This document shows positions 38,419 to 48,483 of a DNA stretch of 64,000 bases, one piece after another. A program made the position numbers and the translations under genes. The notes beneath the pieces are model-generated. The model saw only the letters and a program-made list of their open reading frames with translations. It had not been told where the DNA came from and did no database searches. Source of the DNA: a virus; the IMG/VR virus record IMGVR_UViG_3300021375_000007, positions 1 through 64,000 of that record; one strand, given 5' to 3'. Positions within the stretch are counted from its first letter, which is position 1. Each line of letters opens with the position of its first letter.

Positions 38419-40197
38419 TTACTCTGGAAAAGCAGCTCCCGTTGGTAAAACATTGAAATCAATAATAATGAATTCTGCTGTCTTGGCTGGTTGCAAGAAT
38501 ATCTGTCCTACTAATTGATTTCTATCAACTACGTCTGGGGTATTATTTGTTTCATCCATTACTACCTTGAATGCATATAAACCTTGACGTTGCTGGATAT
38601 CTTCAAAATAAGGATTGACAATAGAAAGGAATCTGTTTCTAGTTGCGGTCGTATTTTGCTCGAATACCAAGAACTTACTAGATGATGCAACAAATTTCTT
38701 AGATGCGATAAGTAATCTTCGTACATTAATTCTATCCAATGCAGATGATTTTTTCTGTAATGTCTTTTGTCCAAATACTACAACTCCACTGTTAGGAAAA
38801 GTTGCAATAGGATTAACATTACTTTCATAAAGATCATCTCGGTTGGTTTGAGTTAATTTTCTCTCAGCTCGAATCACTGTTTCCAATCCACCTCTGTTAA
38901 GACCTGCTGGTGCAAACCAAGGAGCAGCTACCATATCATTAAATGCATATACTCCTGGAATCAATGTGGTGGCTGGTACCCAAATATTCTGACCTAAATC
39001 ATTATCTGCGATTTGCAACCATGGCCAATACATTGCATTATAGCTTGAATCTTCTGCTTCTGCTTGTGCTTGTGCTGCTGATAATCCTGACCCGTATAAT
39101 ATTGGATCTGATATCATAAAACAATCACCTCTACCTTCTACCATGCTTTCTGCCGTAGATAATATAGCACCGTGATTGGCTGCGCTATTAAGTAATCCTG
39201 GGAATGATATCAAATTAATATCATATTCATCTTGGTTACTTAATAAATTAATAGCATCTGTATAAGCTGTTTTACCTTCATCAGTAACACTTAGATTAAA
39301 TCCTTGCGTATTGGTATTGGTAATGCCATTATAAAATTGCTGTGGATGCTGAACGTTTCCATCTGACCCATTAGCAAATGTTCCTGATACTGCTTGTGGT
39401 AATGAAGCGGAAGCAGCACCTACTCTAACATTTCCATTTGAATCTAAATAATTAAGAGTGGTTTTAAGTACCTCGGCTCTTACATATTTAGACCTTACTG
39501 GGAATGAACCTGATAATTGCAAGAATGGTGAAGTGCCACCGGAATCTCTCATTGTAAATACCTGATCACCAATTCTCCGTGCAATATAATTAGGTGAATT
39601 TGGATCTAATGTAAGATTGTTATATTGTTCAACAATGGTTTTTCTTCTTGAAGTATCATCGCCTCTTCTAATATATAAACTAAATGTACCTAAATTATTA
39701 TTAACATTTGCTACTTCCCATCGTAGGTTATCAACAGAACCGGAAACAAGCATGCTATTTGTTGTTTCATCTGCCGCTATTCCCTCTCCTTCTGACGATG
39801 CTACAGCTTGACCACTATTCATAATAGCGCCATCGGCTAATGTATATAATCTAAATGAATTACCGGCTCCGGATGATGTTACAAAAGAATCAGCAGGAGC
39901 ATACGCACCAGCCATAATTCTTGTCACGGTTAATGTATCAGCATATTTTAAATAGTTTTGTGCTGATATAGATGTTAAATATTTATACGACTTTTCATCT
40001 GCACCAGAACCACTAATGAATACATCTCCAAATATTTGTCTGTATTCATCATACCCAGATACAATTGTTGGTACCATTGCTGGACCTTTTACGGTTGGTC
40101 CTACAACTGCGGCACCAATTGCACCTATTGCGGCTGGTAAAAATGATTGGTCAACTTCCCTGGTAAACACACCAGGACTTACAATTCTTTCGGCCAT
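38419..40197 (-). CDS. Contractile tail sheath protein (T4 gp18-like)
   Basis: SPGVFTREVD, PWFAPAGLNRG, GQKTLQ...DRINVRRL, FEQN, DETNNT, QPAKTAEFI. Confidence 0.95.
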   Translation of the reverse strand: MAERIVSPGVFTREVDQSFLPAAIGAIGAAVVGPTVKGPAMVPTIVSGYDEYRQIFGDVFISGSGADEKSYKYLTSISAQNYLKYADTLTVTRIMAGAYAPADSFVTSSGAGNSFRLYTLADGAIMNSGQAVASSEGEGIAADETTNSMLVSGSVDNLRWEVANVNNNLGTFSLYIRRGDDTSRRKTIVEQYNNLTLDPNSPNYIARRIGDQVFTMRDSGGTSPFLQLSGSFPVRSKYVRAEVLKTTLNYLDSNGNVRVGAASASLPQAVSGTFANGSDGNVQHPQQFYNGITNTNTQGFNLSVTDEGKTAYTDAINLLSNQDEYDINLISFPGLLNSAANHGAILSTAESMVEGRGDCFMISDPILYGSGLSAAQAQAEAEDSSYNAMYWPWLQIADNDLGQNIWVPATTLIPGVYAFNDMVAAPWFAPAGLNRGGLETVIRAERKLTQTNRDDLYESNVNPIATFPNSGVVVFGQKTLQKKSSALDRINVRRLLIASKKFVASSSKFLVFEQNTTATRNRFLSIVNPYFEDIQQRQGLYAFKVVMDETNNTPDVVDRNQLVGQIFLQPAKTAEFIIIDFNVLPTGAAFPE

Positions 40198-40253
40198 TGA
40201 TTATCCCTTTTATTAAGTTTTTATATAAATATGATATTAATCAGCCAAACAAT

Positions 40254-40523
40254 CTATTCGGTAGGTATAAATTCACCTTTCTCGAGATCAACCGATCCAT
40301 CGCCATATTTTTCATTTAATGCTTTAGCTGCAGCTTGCTCTTCTTTTTGTAACGTACCAAAATCGGCATTCAATTTGGTTTTAGCATTATCCAGTGATTC
40401 TAAATATTGATGCGTTAATAGCATTTCTATTTCTAACTGCCCAAATTCATATACTTTTGAATCGCTGCGTTCTTTTAGATTTTTTAAATTATCTAGTTCT
40501 TCTTGTGTTAACTTTGTTGCCAT
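40254..40523 (-). CDS. Small coiled-coil hypothetical protein
   Basis: 89 aa ending LNEKYGDGSVDLEKGEF. Confidence 0.6.
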   Translation of the reverse strand: MATKLTQEELDNLKNLKERSDSKVYEFGQLEIEMLLTHQYLESLDNAKTKLNADFGTLQKEEQAAAKALNEKYGDGSVDLEKGEFIPTE

Positions 40524-40550
40524 AATATAACCTTTTAAATAAATATTGCG

Positions 40551-41399
40551 CTATTGATCAAACCGTCGATAAAACGGTAGGAAATTACCATTGGTACCTA
40601 TATCATCTCCATACCCATCAGGCGGCGCTGTAAATTGAGTTTCTGCTAATTTAATCTGCTTGATACCGTATTGCTTTTGCACATTTGATTTATATAATTC
40701 TGTTTCTGGAAAAATAGTGCCTTTCATTGTTACTGGTAATGTAGCTCTTACGGTTCTATCTTCTCCAGTATCATTAGATAATTCATTTGCCACATCTTGT
40801 ACTATACAAGGAAATTTCCAGGTCGTGCCCCATGCAAATCCTCCTAATGGTATTATCTGCTCTAATACTTGATTCATTTGCTCTTGCAACGACGTCCATA
40901 TAAATACATCATAAGATATATCAACAAACTCAGGTATTAGCGTTACATAATATTCTTTGTTAGGCTTTGAATTTGATGTTGCAGAGAATCTATCATATCG
41001 ATGTCTGTTCGTATACTTGCTTTCTAATACTAAATTGTTACCAGCTGGATTTCTATTAACATCTAGCTTTTTCATCGAATCACGCTCGACAATAGAATTA
41101 CGACGGATCATAATAAGAGGGGTCATTGTTTTACCTTTAGCATCTCTCATATATCCATGTGCCTGAACTTGGCTCCATTTTTCTCCATTGGCATACATGA
41201 CTGGTATATCAATAACAGCATCATTTTCTATTATCTTAGGTTTAGCAACATCTCTAAGATAAGTTAATATTGCAAAGTCATGGTCGTATATTGTACATGC
41301 TTGCGTTTTAATTGTATCATCATCTCGCCGGACTTGTTCAGCTCGGTTTGATTTTGGATTATTAGTAAATGATGAATCTGTTCTGTCTAGTTCAGCCAT
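40551..41399 (-). CDS. Tail terminator/sheath stabiliser (T4 gp15-like)
   Basis: IPVMYANGEKW, PLIMIRR, VDISYD...MNQVLEQI; position after the neck genes. Confidence 0.65.
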   Translation of the reverse strand: MAELDRTDSSFTNNPKSNRAEQVRRDDDTIKTQACTIYDHDFAILTYLRDVAKPKIIENDAVIDIPVMYANGEKWSQVQAHGYMRDAKGKTMTPLIMIRRNSIVERDSMKKLDVNRNPAGNNLVLESKYTNRHRYDRFSATSNSKPNKEYYVTLIPEFVDISYDVFIWTSLQEQMNQVLEQIIPLGGFAWGTTWKFPCIVQDVANELSNDTGEDRTVRATLPVTMKGTIFPETELYKSNVQKQYGIKQIKLAETQFTAPPDGYGDDIGTNGNFLPFYRRFDQ

Positions 41400-41950
41400 T
41401 AGTTATATATCCCTCTATCTGTTGGTGAAATATAAGGCGGTTTATTTATACCGGACCTAACTTCTTCAATATTAATGTTATTACGTTTAGTAACATGAGC
41501 TTCTGCTATTATAGCAACACTATATCCAAATTCCTCATCCAATTCACCAGAAGTATTGCCTAACAATGTTGATGGATTTCTACCAGCCCAATACTGCGAC
41601 GATCCTACATTATCTATTTCATAATATTCATTATCCCATTCGATAACATCACCTTCTTCAACATGAATATTTTTATCTTTTAAATCATCACGTAAAAATG
41701 CAAATATACCAGTACGATTAAATTCTAAACCAAAATCATCTGAGGTAGCTGTTTTTTCATCCTTCTGAACTATTGTTGTAATTCTTGTAGGTTTATAATA
41801 TGTACGACGTTCTGATTCGCCGTATATATTTTCATTTGTACTATCTAATACCAATTTATAATGCAATACCTCAGTATCAATATACCGTAATAATTCACGG
41901 CTCATTGATCTAATTAACGATGCATCTCTACCTGATCCAAATAATGCCAT
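41399..41950 (-). CDS. Neck/head-closure protein (T4 gp14-like)
   Basis: NIYGES, FAFLRDDL, EGDVI.W...YYEI. Confidence 0.65.
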   Translation of the reverse strand: MALFGSGRDASLIRSMSRELLRYIDTEVLHYKLVLDSTNENIYGESERRTYYKPTRITTIVQKDEKTATSDDFGLEFNRTGIFAFLRDDLKDKNIHVEEGDVIEWDNEYYEIDNVGSSQYWAGRNPSTLLGNTSGELDEEFGYSVAIIAEAHVTKRNNINIEEVRSGINKPPYISPTDRGIYN

Positions 41951-41953
41951 ATG

Positions 41954-43120
41954 TTACCCTACATATATTCCTAACGGAATTTTATTCATTTGTTGTAACA
42001 TCGCATCCGATTCGGCTTGCTTTCTTTCTAATTGTGCTTGACGTGATAATGAATCTAACGTTTCTTTTAATTCAGTAATCAATTCTTCTTTTTTAGTAAC
42101 AGCGTTAGATATTAAATCAGATCCATTCAATGTGATTTCTGAATTAGGTATCGGTAACGAGCTATACTTGCTTCGAACTAACCCTAATAATTCTTTTGCT
42201 AATTCCAGAGTATATCTACGTATCCAATTTCGGCCTACTTCATTAATAAGATCATAATCCATTCTACCATATGGTATTGTACTATAATCACTTATCAAAG
42301 ACCCGCTTTCTGCATTATACTTTAAAGGATTACCTTTTTCGGAGGTAAGCATATAATTGAAATATACTGTTTCATCTCCAGATGGTATTGGAAACAATCT
42401 TATTTGCTTGTTATTGATATCAAAGCCATATGCTGATTTTCGTATTTGGTCATTGAATTCAATTGCCTGGATTCTTAATACATCTGCATACATCGGCATC
42501 ATCATAAATGATACTCCTGGCGAATAACCACCCCATCCAAATGAATCCATCATTTGCTGACTACCAGCTCCGGTACCTACGAAAGGATCGAAGAATCTAG
42601 TAATGGCTGGTGGTGCCTCATGGAATACTCTTCTTATTTCAAATGAATCTGTATCCGGGGATCCTTGTTCAAATGTTACTGATGAGGTACTTGTTAAATC
42701 ATATACCTGTACTCCATTCTTAACTGCAATGGATGCTGTATAAACATTTACGTTTCCTATAGCACCAGCCTCGGTACCATAATCTTGTGCCAATTCTATA
42801 ATACCTTGAAGATTGGCAGAAACTGCTTTTTGTGTTAATTGCATGGAAGCTGTTGCAGCATATAAATTAAGAAAGTTATCTCTTATATTATATGTATTAA
42901 CATGGCCACCATATTCATTTACAGCTTCTTCAAAACAAGAATAAAACGAGCCAGATGGTAATTCTACATCATTGACCGGATATCCTAATTTTTGAGCACA
43001 CCATTTAACAACATTATCTATATCAGATGCAAAATCAGGTTGAGCATCATAAAAGCCTAACGGCGTTTGGCCAGCGGCAAATGTAGATGAACCATCCCAT
43101 ACGGGTATATTAACAGCCAT
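41954..43120 (-). CDS. Neck/head-tail adaptor (T4 gp13-like)
   Basis: LGYPVNDVEL, WIRRYTL.LAKE.LG.VRSKY...P....LNG..L. Confidence 0.75.
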   Translation of the reverse strand: MAVNIPVWDGSSTFAAGQTPLGFYDAQPDFASDIDNVVKWCAQKLGYPVNDVELPSGSFYSCFEEAVNEYGGHVNTYNIRDNFLNLYAATASMQLTQKAVSANLQGIIELAQDYGTEAGAIGNVNVYTASIAVKNGVQVYDLTSTSSVTFEQGSPDTDSFEIRRVFHEAPPAITRFFDPFVGTGAGSQQMMDSFGWGGYSPGVSFMMMPMYADVLRIQAIEFNDQIRKSAYGFDINNKQIRLFPIPSGDETVYFNYMLTSEKGNPLKYNAESGSLISDYSTIPYGRMDYDLINEVGRNWIRRYTLELAKELLGLVRSKYSSLPIPNSEITLNGSDLISNAVTKKEELITELKETLDSLSRQAQLERKQAESDAMLQQMNKIPLGIYVG

Positions 43121-43183
43121 GAATTACCTTTTTATATAAATATCGAAGGCTACAAGAAAGGATGTGTTATAGTTTAAATGACA

Positions 43184-43756
43184 TTATCTTACCAAACTTA
43201 CTTTACCTACTATTTCTTTATAGTAGTTTTGATAATCTTGATAGCGTATTTTATAAGTATATACAGCTTGTGGGCATAAACGTCCTCGAACTTTTCCATT
43301 CCATCCACCATTAATATTACGAGTAAAATATAATTGTTGCCCCCACCGATTATAGATAGCCATTTCGTAATATTTGATGTTAGTTGCCTTTGCAGTAAAT
43401 ATATCATTATAACCATCATTGTTAGGTGTAAATGAATTAGGAACATAAATAGTGGTAGTATTACATGGCAATGTTTCCATTATCAAATTAACGCTACTTC
43501 CACAATTCAGATCGTTTGTCACCGTAACAGTCAGCTGACCGGTACCTGGTACATCATTCCAATCTACTAGTACATTACCATTATTGTAGTTAACTATTGT
43601 ACCATTGGTAACTTGGTAATTGTATTGATATTGTGAATTGTATGGCACTGTATATTGTACTGGCCTAATGCCATTATAGCATAAAGGTATACGATGGTAG
43701 TATTGTGCTTGTAACGTATTGCAAGCTAGTAATAAGATAATTAAATACTTAATCAT
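43184..43756 (-). CDS. Secreted protein with a T9SS type-B (gliding-motility-associated, CHU_C-type) C-terminal domain
   Basis: Signal peptide ending LQA-Q; an Ig/PKD-like segment; then IYVPNSFTPNNDGYNDIF...IYNRWGQ...WNG...YTYKI...GKVSLVR. Confidence 0.85.
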   Translation of the reverse strand: MIKYLIILLLACNTLQAQYYHRIPLCYNGIRPVQYTVPYNSQYQYNYQVTNGTIVNYNNGNVLVDWNDVPGTGQLTVTVTNDLNCGSSVNLIMETLPCNTTTIYVPNSFTPNNDGYNDIFTAKATNIKYYEMAIYNRWGQQLYFTRNINGGWNGKVRGRLCPQAVYTYKIRYQDYQNYYKEIVGKVSLVR

Positions 43757-44090
43757 GCGTTATAGCCCCTGTTACCGGTGTCGCATTAACCGTAACATCG
43801 CATAATACTATATTACCTACACATCCATTAATATCAGTTTCAATTACTTCAACTGCATAATTGCCTGGTATTGTAGCAGACCAATCAACTTGTATCGTAT
43901 TTGTGCCTTGCCCGGCTGCTATATTACCACCTGTAATATTCCATGCGTAAGTTGAGCCTGGCGTGGCAGGTACTGAATAGGCTGTTAAATTAGCATCTGA
44001 TTCACATATGAAATCTGGACATGGTAGATTTTGAGAATAACCTGCTAGCGTCGCTAGACTTAAAAATAATATAACTGCAATCTTTTTCAT
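43749..44090 (-). CDS. Secreted PKD/Ig-like protein with C-terminal PVTGAITHD
   Basis: Signal peptide MKKIAVILF...GYS-Q; YSV....GSTY.W.ITGG.I..GQGTN.I.VDW PKD-like motif; start moved to 44090, downstream of an RBS. Confidence 0.75.
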   Translation of the reverse strand: MKKIAVILFLSLATLAGYSQNLPCPDFICESDANLTAYSVPATPGSTYAWNITGGNIAAGQGTNTIQVDWSATIPGNYAVEVIETDINGCVGNIVLCDVTVNATPVTGAITHD

Positions 44091-44112
44091 TTGTATCCTT
44101 TTATATAAATAT

Positions 44113-44715
44113 CTAGTTATGTGTAATAGCACCTGTTAATACGGGAGGACAGCATTCTATTGTAGCATTAAAAGTTTCATTTGGATCTGCTTGGCAGTCT
44201 AAATTTATCCAACTACCTGTTTCCCCATCAGCATAATTTTCAATTATAATAGATAAATCATCACCATTTGTGTTAGGTGGGCAATCCCCCACAGTAACTT
44301 GAAACTGGAATGTCCAAGGGCCGTTCAACCCATCACCCCAATTATTACCCGGATTACCATCTAATGCACCACCTAAATTAGTATCATAAAACCACCCTGG
44401 GTTATTTATGATTATGCCTGTAGCAGATGATTGTACCATATTAACCCATAACCATACACCTGTTCCTGAGTTATTTGTTGGGAAACCTACAGGAACTAAT
44501 GAGGCAGCATCCCATCCACCACCTAACGCGACTGCAACTCCATGCATCCAATTTACCGATAATCCTTGGTAGTCTACTATAGTATAAGTAAATGTTATTG
44601 TTTGGCCTGGTTGGTATGTTCCTCCTATAGGTGGTATATCAACTGCAATGTTATCATCTAATATACATTGAGAAAATACTTGGAATGGGAATAGCAGTAA
44701 TAATAACCATTTCAT
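44113..44715 (-). CDS. Secreted beta-rich protein with C-terminal PVLTGAITHN
   Basis: Signal peptide MKWLLLLLFPFQVFS-Q; Gly/Trp/Asn-rich body with a DGNPGNNWGD motif. Confidence 0.7.
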   Translation of the reverse strand: MKWLLLLLFPFQVFSQCILDDNIAVDIPPIGGTYQPGQTITFTYTIVDYQGLSVNWMHGVAVALGGGWDAASLVPVGFPTNNSGTGVWLWVNMVQSSATGIIINNPGWFYDTNLGGALDGNPGNNWGDGLNGPWTFQFQVTVGDCPPNTNGDDLSIIIENYADGETGSWINLDCQADPNETFNATIECCPPVLTGAITHN

Positions 44716-44727
44716 GTGTTATATATT

Positions 44728-44958
44728 TTAGTCTGTTTCATCAGGATCTTTATTCCGTTCAACCCAGTCAAGATATTCCACGGGAGGTATTATTTTATAA
44801 TCCCACCCATCATAAGGATATTCATAACTTTCGTGATCTTCTATAAATAACTCATATGTAGGTGTTTTAATCCAATCAATGGCTACAAACCAATCTTCTT
44901 CTGGGTCGAATACTTGCTTATAAAAAGCTGGCTGTTCTGGTATTGAGAATCTTTCCAT
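44728..44958 (-). CDS. Small acidic protein downstream of the fibre gene, possible fibre chaperone
   Basis: 76 aa, YEYPYDGW motif; position. Confidence 0.5.
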   Translation of the reverse strand: MERFSIPEQPAFYKQVFDPEEDWFVAIDWIKTPTYELFIEDHESYEYPYDGWDYKIIPPVEYLDWVERNKDPDETD

Positions 44959-44964
44959 ATCTTA

Positions 44965-47094
44965 TTAGTTTACTACTGTCCACCCTTTATTGGTAGCTAT
45001 TGTTGTTGTGCATGTCGATGACCCAGGATTATTTGAAACTGTAACTGTTTTTCCTGACACCGTTGGGAGATCTGTGAATAATTCATCAATCTCAGTTGCT
45101 TCAAAATTACAGCCTGATATTGTAAAAGTAATCGGTATATTTCCTCCTTCAATCCTTCTTAGATTATATGCGTTATAAAAAGTATTGAGCATATTAGTAG
45201 CACTGGACCAATCTATACCACTCATAGTCTGGACGGTAGTGCACTCTCGGACTAGTCCTCTGAAGTTAGTTACGCTGCTTGTGTTACTTAAAAAATTAAG
45301 ATTAATTAAGCCGGTGTTTCGATAAAACATTCTATAGAGAGAATTAGTTGATGAGCAATTAATAGCTTGATAATTAACAATTCCACTAGCTTGAAACATA
45401 AACTGTAATACGGTAGCATTTGATGTATTTAAAGAAGGCATATCTGTTAACTTAGGTGTAGTTGCAAGCATACCGTTATAGTCGGTGGCGTTTGAGCTTA
45501 CAGTTATTGACCCTACAGATGCTAAAGATACACACCCACTAAACATACTATTTGGATCTAATGCATTTGGAGCATTGATATTTCCAACTTTGGTAAGTGA
45601 TATACATGATATAAATAAAGCATCGATATCAGTGGCAAGAGGAAAATTTAAATTTGGAATTTCCATTAAACTATTACAGCTTCTAAATAATACTCTAACG
45701 CTAGTAGCTGCAGAAAAATCAACATTTGGAAATTTTATTAACCTAGTACAGCCATCAAATATGACTCCCATATTTTGAACTCCTGAAGTATCAATTAAAG
45801 GAAATTCTGTAAGTGAACTACAGCCGGCTACGAATGACGTCATTGACGTTGCTGAGCTTATCACCAGGAGAGGAATTTTTGGCAATGAAAAACAATTCTT
45901 ATAAAATGTATTCAATAGTACTATTGAAGTAGCATCGAAAAATGGAGCGTATACCATAGAACTACAACCGCTAAAAAAGCTACTAGCATTTGTGCTACTT
46001 GAAATATTTAAAGTTTTTATTCCTTGTAATGACTGACAATTAATAAAAGTATTAATAGTATCTGTTGCCGTAGAGACAGAATATTCATTTAACCATTTTA
46101 AGTTTGAGCAGCCATTGAATACATTTCTTGCTTGCCCAGTTGCACTATTAGCTATGAATGATCCGTTATTAAGTTCTATAAGAGAAGAGCAGAAGCCAAA
46201 AGTATAAAGTAAAGTAGTAACAGAACTAACATCTATTTGAATTTTTTCTAAAGCAGTACAACCTCGAAATGTGTTAGACATATTGGTAATTGAATGAGAA
46301 CCTTCCCAAATGAATTGTTCTAACATTCTATGCTGAATATTCTGGGCGTAAAAAGTAAAACTAGTACAATTAACAGCTTGTACTAATACATCCAACCATC
46401 CTGTAGTTCTATTAGTTGACGAAACCGAACTGTGTCTTTGGTTAAAATCAATTAGGGTCAAATTAGATCCCACCTGAGGGTAAACTTTTACAATTGATTG
46501 CTTATAACCCAAATTAGTCAAATTACTGGCTGCTGAATAAGAAAAATCATGCTCAGCAGTTACACCTGATGCATAATTTACTACATTGCCATCTCCCCAA
46601 TCTACAGTATAATCTCCCTGGGCTTCCAATGCTACATAATTATGTTCTACATCAAAAACGGCATAAAGACCATATACAACCTGTTCATTTACGATAAGTG
46701 TAGGTAGATTAACCCATTGAGAGTTTCGTGTATAAGAATCGAGTATAGGAATAGCAAATATATTTTTTTCAGTGACAGTGTATGCACTTAATATAGGTGA
46801 GGATGAATCTTCAACATATCCGCCTATATTGATACTTCCTATAAAATCACATTCTAATGCATAACTAGACGATCCCGTTTGGTGAGTATAAGTCCCATTG
46901 GGAGTCTGTATAGTATAAATATACGTATAAGGTCCAGTACCTCCTGTAGCCGTAAGACTTAGATATATTGTATTCCCAAATGTGGTTTCCGTGATAGGAG
47001 TAGTAAGCCCGGCATCAGAAAATATACCTACTTCTAATCCGATTCCACCACCACCACCACCAGAGGTTTTAATATTAATATATTGTTGTATCAT
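44965..47094 (-). CDS. Tail fibre/receptor-binding protein with BspA/DUF285-like leucine-rich repeats
   Basis: YTVDWGDG, then many ~23-aa repeats of the form MF.GC.SL...P.IDTS.V; ends IATNKGWTV. Confidence 0.7.
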   Translation of the reverse strand: MIQQYINIKTSGGGGGGIGLEVGIFSDAGLTTPITETTFGNTIYLSLTATGGTGPYTYIYTIQTPNGTYTHQTGSSSYALECDFIGSINIGGYVEDSSSPILSAYTVTEKNIFAIPILDSYTRNSQWVNLPTLIVNEQVVYGLYAVFDVEHNYVALEAQGDYTVDWGDGNVVNYASGVTAEHDFSYSAASNLTNLGYKQSIVKVYPQVGSNLTLIDFNQRHSSVSSTNRTTGWLDVLVQAVNCTSFTFYAQNIQHRMLEQFIWEGSHSITNMSNTFRGCTALEKIQIDVSSVTTLLYTFGFCSSLIELNNGSFIANSATGQARNVFNGCSNLKWLNEYSVSTATDTINTFINCQSLQGIKTLNISSSTNASSFFSGCSSMVYAPFFDATSIVLLNTFYKNCFSLPKIPLLVISSATSMTSFVAGCSSLTEFPLIDTSGVQNMGVIFDGCTRLIKFPNVDFSAATSVRVLFRSCNSLMEIPNLNFPLATDIDALFISCISLTKVGNINAPNALDPNSMFSGCVSLASVGSITVSSNATDYNGMLATTPKLTDMPSLNTSNATVLQFMFQASGIVNYQAINCSSTNSLYRMFYRNTGLINLNFLSNTSSVTNFRGLVRECTTVQTMSGIDWSSATNMLNTFYNAYNLRRIEGGNIPITFTISGCNFEATEIDELFTDLPTVSGKTVTVSNNPGSSTCTTTIATNKGWTVVN

Positions 47095-48473
47095 AATTTA
47101 GATCCTGATAATATAACTAACCCTGCAGCTGATGAGGTTACTGATAATGTACTAAATTGGCTTAGTGATGAAGTAAATACATATGGAGCGCCACTGGATG
47201 AAATTTGTACAATCATTGCTGAACTGGTAACAAAACCAGCAAATTGCAAATTATAAGGTACAATGTAAGCAAATGATGTAGCTTCTTCAAAATTTAAATA
47301 TACATCAATATCTGTATTTTCTGGTACATTTGTTAATCCACTACCGTCACCACTAAATATACTAGCACTAATAATACTAGCTGTAATAGGTTGCTGAAAA
47401 GTAATACTATCGGTTACGGTAATAGGGGAAAGACCTGTAATAGTGCCAAATGAACCTGTTAAAGCAGTTACTGTTCCACTTGAACTTATATTACCTGATG
47501 CAGTTACAGGTCCTAATAAAGATAAGCCGGCTACTGTATTTAAAGTTATAGCAGTATTTGCTCCGTCACCTCCATATAGATTATTTGTCGCCAAATCATC
47601 TATAAATCCTCTACTGGCAAATACTCTTTCTCCATATAGGTAACCGGCACTTGAGCTTATATTTCCTGTTGTCGTAACGGCTCCAGCAGTTACTGTTCCA
47701 CTTGAACTTATATTACCTGATGCTGTTATGTTTAATATACCATTTATATTAGTAGCACCATCCCCTACTATATTTCCATTGGCATTAATATCATTAGTAA
47801 CGTTGAGATGACTTCCAGCAGTTATATAAGTTTGTGATATAATTCTATCTCCAAATACATTACCACTTGCACTTATATTACCGGATGCTGTTATGTTTCT
47901 GAAGATTACATCATCAGTACTAGTAAATTGCAACGAGCTAGATACTAGCCCGGCAGGTAATGTTGCTGTAGCGGTTACACCTGTCAGACCACTACCATCA
48001 CCATAATAACCAGATGCGCTAACATTACCTAATACAGATAATGTCATATAAGGAGATGTTGGTGCTAAATTAATATATGACCCACTATTAACTAAATCAC
48101 CATTATTGATTAATGCTCCATTTAATGTTAAAGCGATGCCGGATGGTATTATCAACTCACTACCTGATGATATTGTCAAGTCACCATTAAATATTAATGA
48201 GCCGTCTAATGTATATGAGCCTGATATTGGGTTCGGTATTGAATTTGGATTAATAGTAACAGATCCAGTAATCAATGTTTCTGAAAACAGATTAAATAAC
48301 GATGTTACTACTTCAATATTACTACCTGATATTCCTAACGATCCAGTAATACTATTTATCGAGCCGGACATTGTAGTTGATAACCATAACAGATTACCGT
48401 CCAGTTCATCAATAGTCAATTGAGAACCTTTTGCGGTCCTTGTTAATAATGAATATGGTGGTGTTAGTGGCAT
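47091..48473 (-). CDS. Tail fibre-like protein with internal repeats
   Basis: N-terminal KGSQLT..ELDGN; repeats of ITASGNIS[AS]SG; two GDGSGLT motifs. Confidence 0.7.
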   Translation of the reverse strand: MPLTPPYSLLTRTAKGSQLTIDELDGNLLWLSTTMSGSINSITGSLGISGSNIEVVTSLFNLFSETLITGSVTINPNSIPNPISGSYTLDGSLIFNGDLTISSGSELIIPSGIALTLNGALINNGDLVNSGSYINLAPTSPYMTLSVLGNVSASGYYGDGSGLTGVTATATLPAGLVSSSLQFTSTDDVIFRNITASGNISASGNVFGDRIISQTYITAGSHLNVTNDINANGNIVGDGATNINGILNITASGNISSSGTVTAGAVTTTGNISSSAGYLYGERVFASRGFIDDLATNNLYGGDGANTAITLNTVAGLSLLGPVTASGNISSSGTVTALTGSFGTITGLSPITVTDSITFQQPITASIISASIFSGDGSGLTNVPENTDIDVYLNFEEATSFAYIVPYNLQFAGFVTSSAMIVQISSSGAPYVFTSSLSQFSTLSVTSSAAGLVILSGSKL

Positions 48474-48483
48474 TTATTTTATC

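Noticed and set aside
19692-43446. Nested minus-strand ORFs at 19692-19910, 38562-38774 and 43210-43446
   Set aside because: They are out-of-frame ORFs inside conserved genes with no independent support.
44965-48473. Diversity-generating retroelement acting on the fibre genes
   Set aside because: No reverse transcriptase and no adenine-specific TR/VR pair were seen; the ~39-bp repeat at about 47463 and 47686 simply encodes the repeated TASGNISSSGTVTA peptide.
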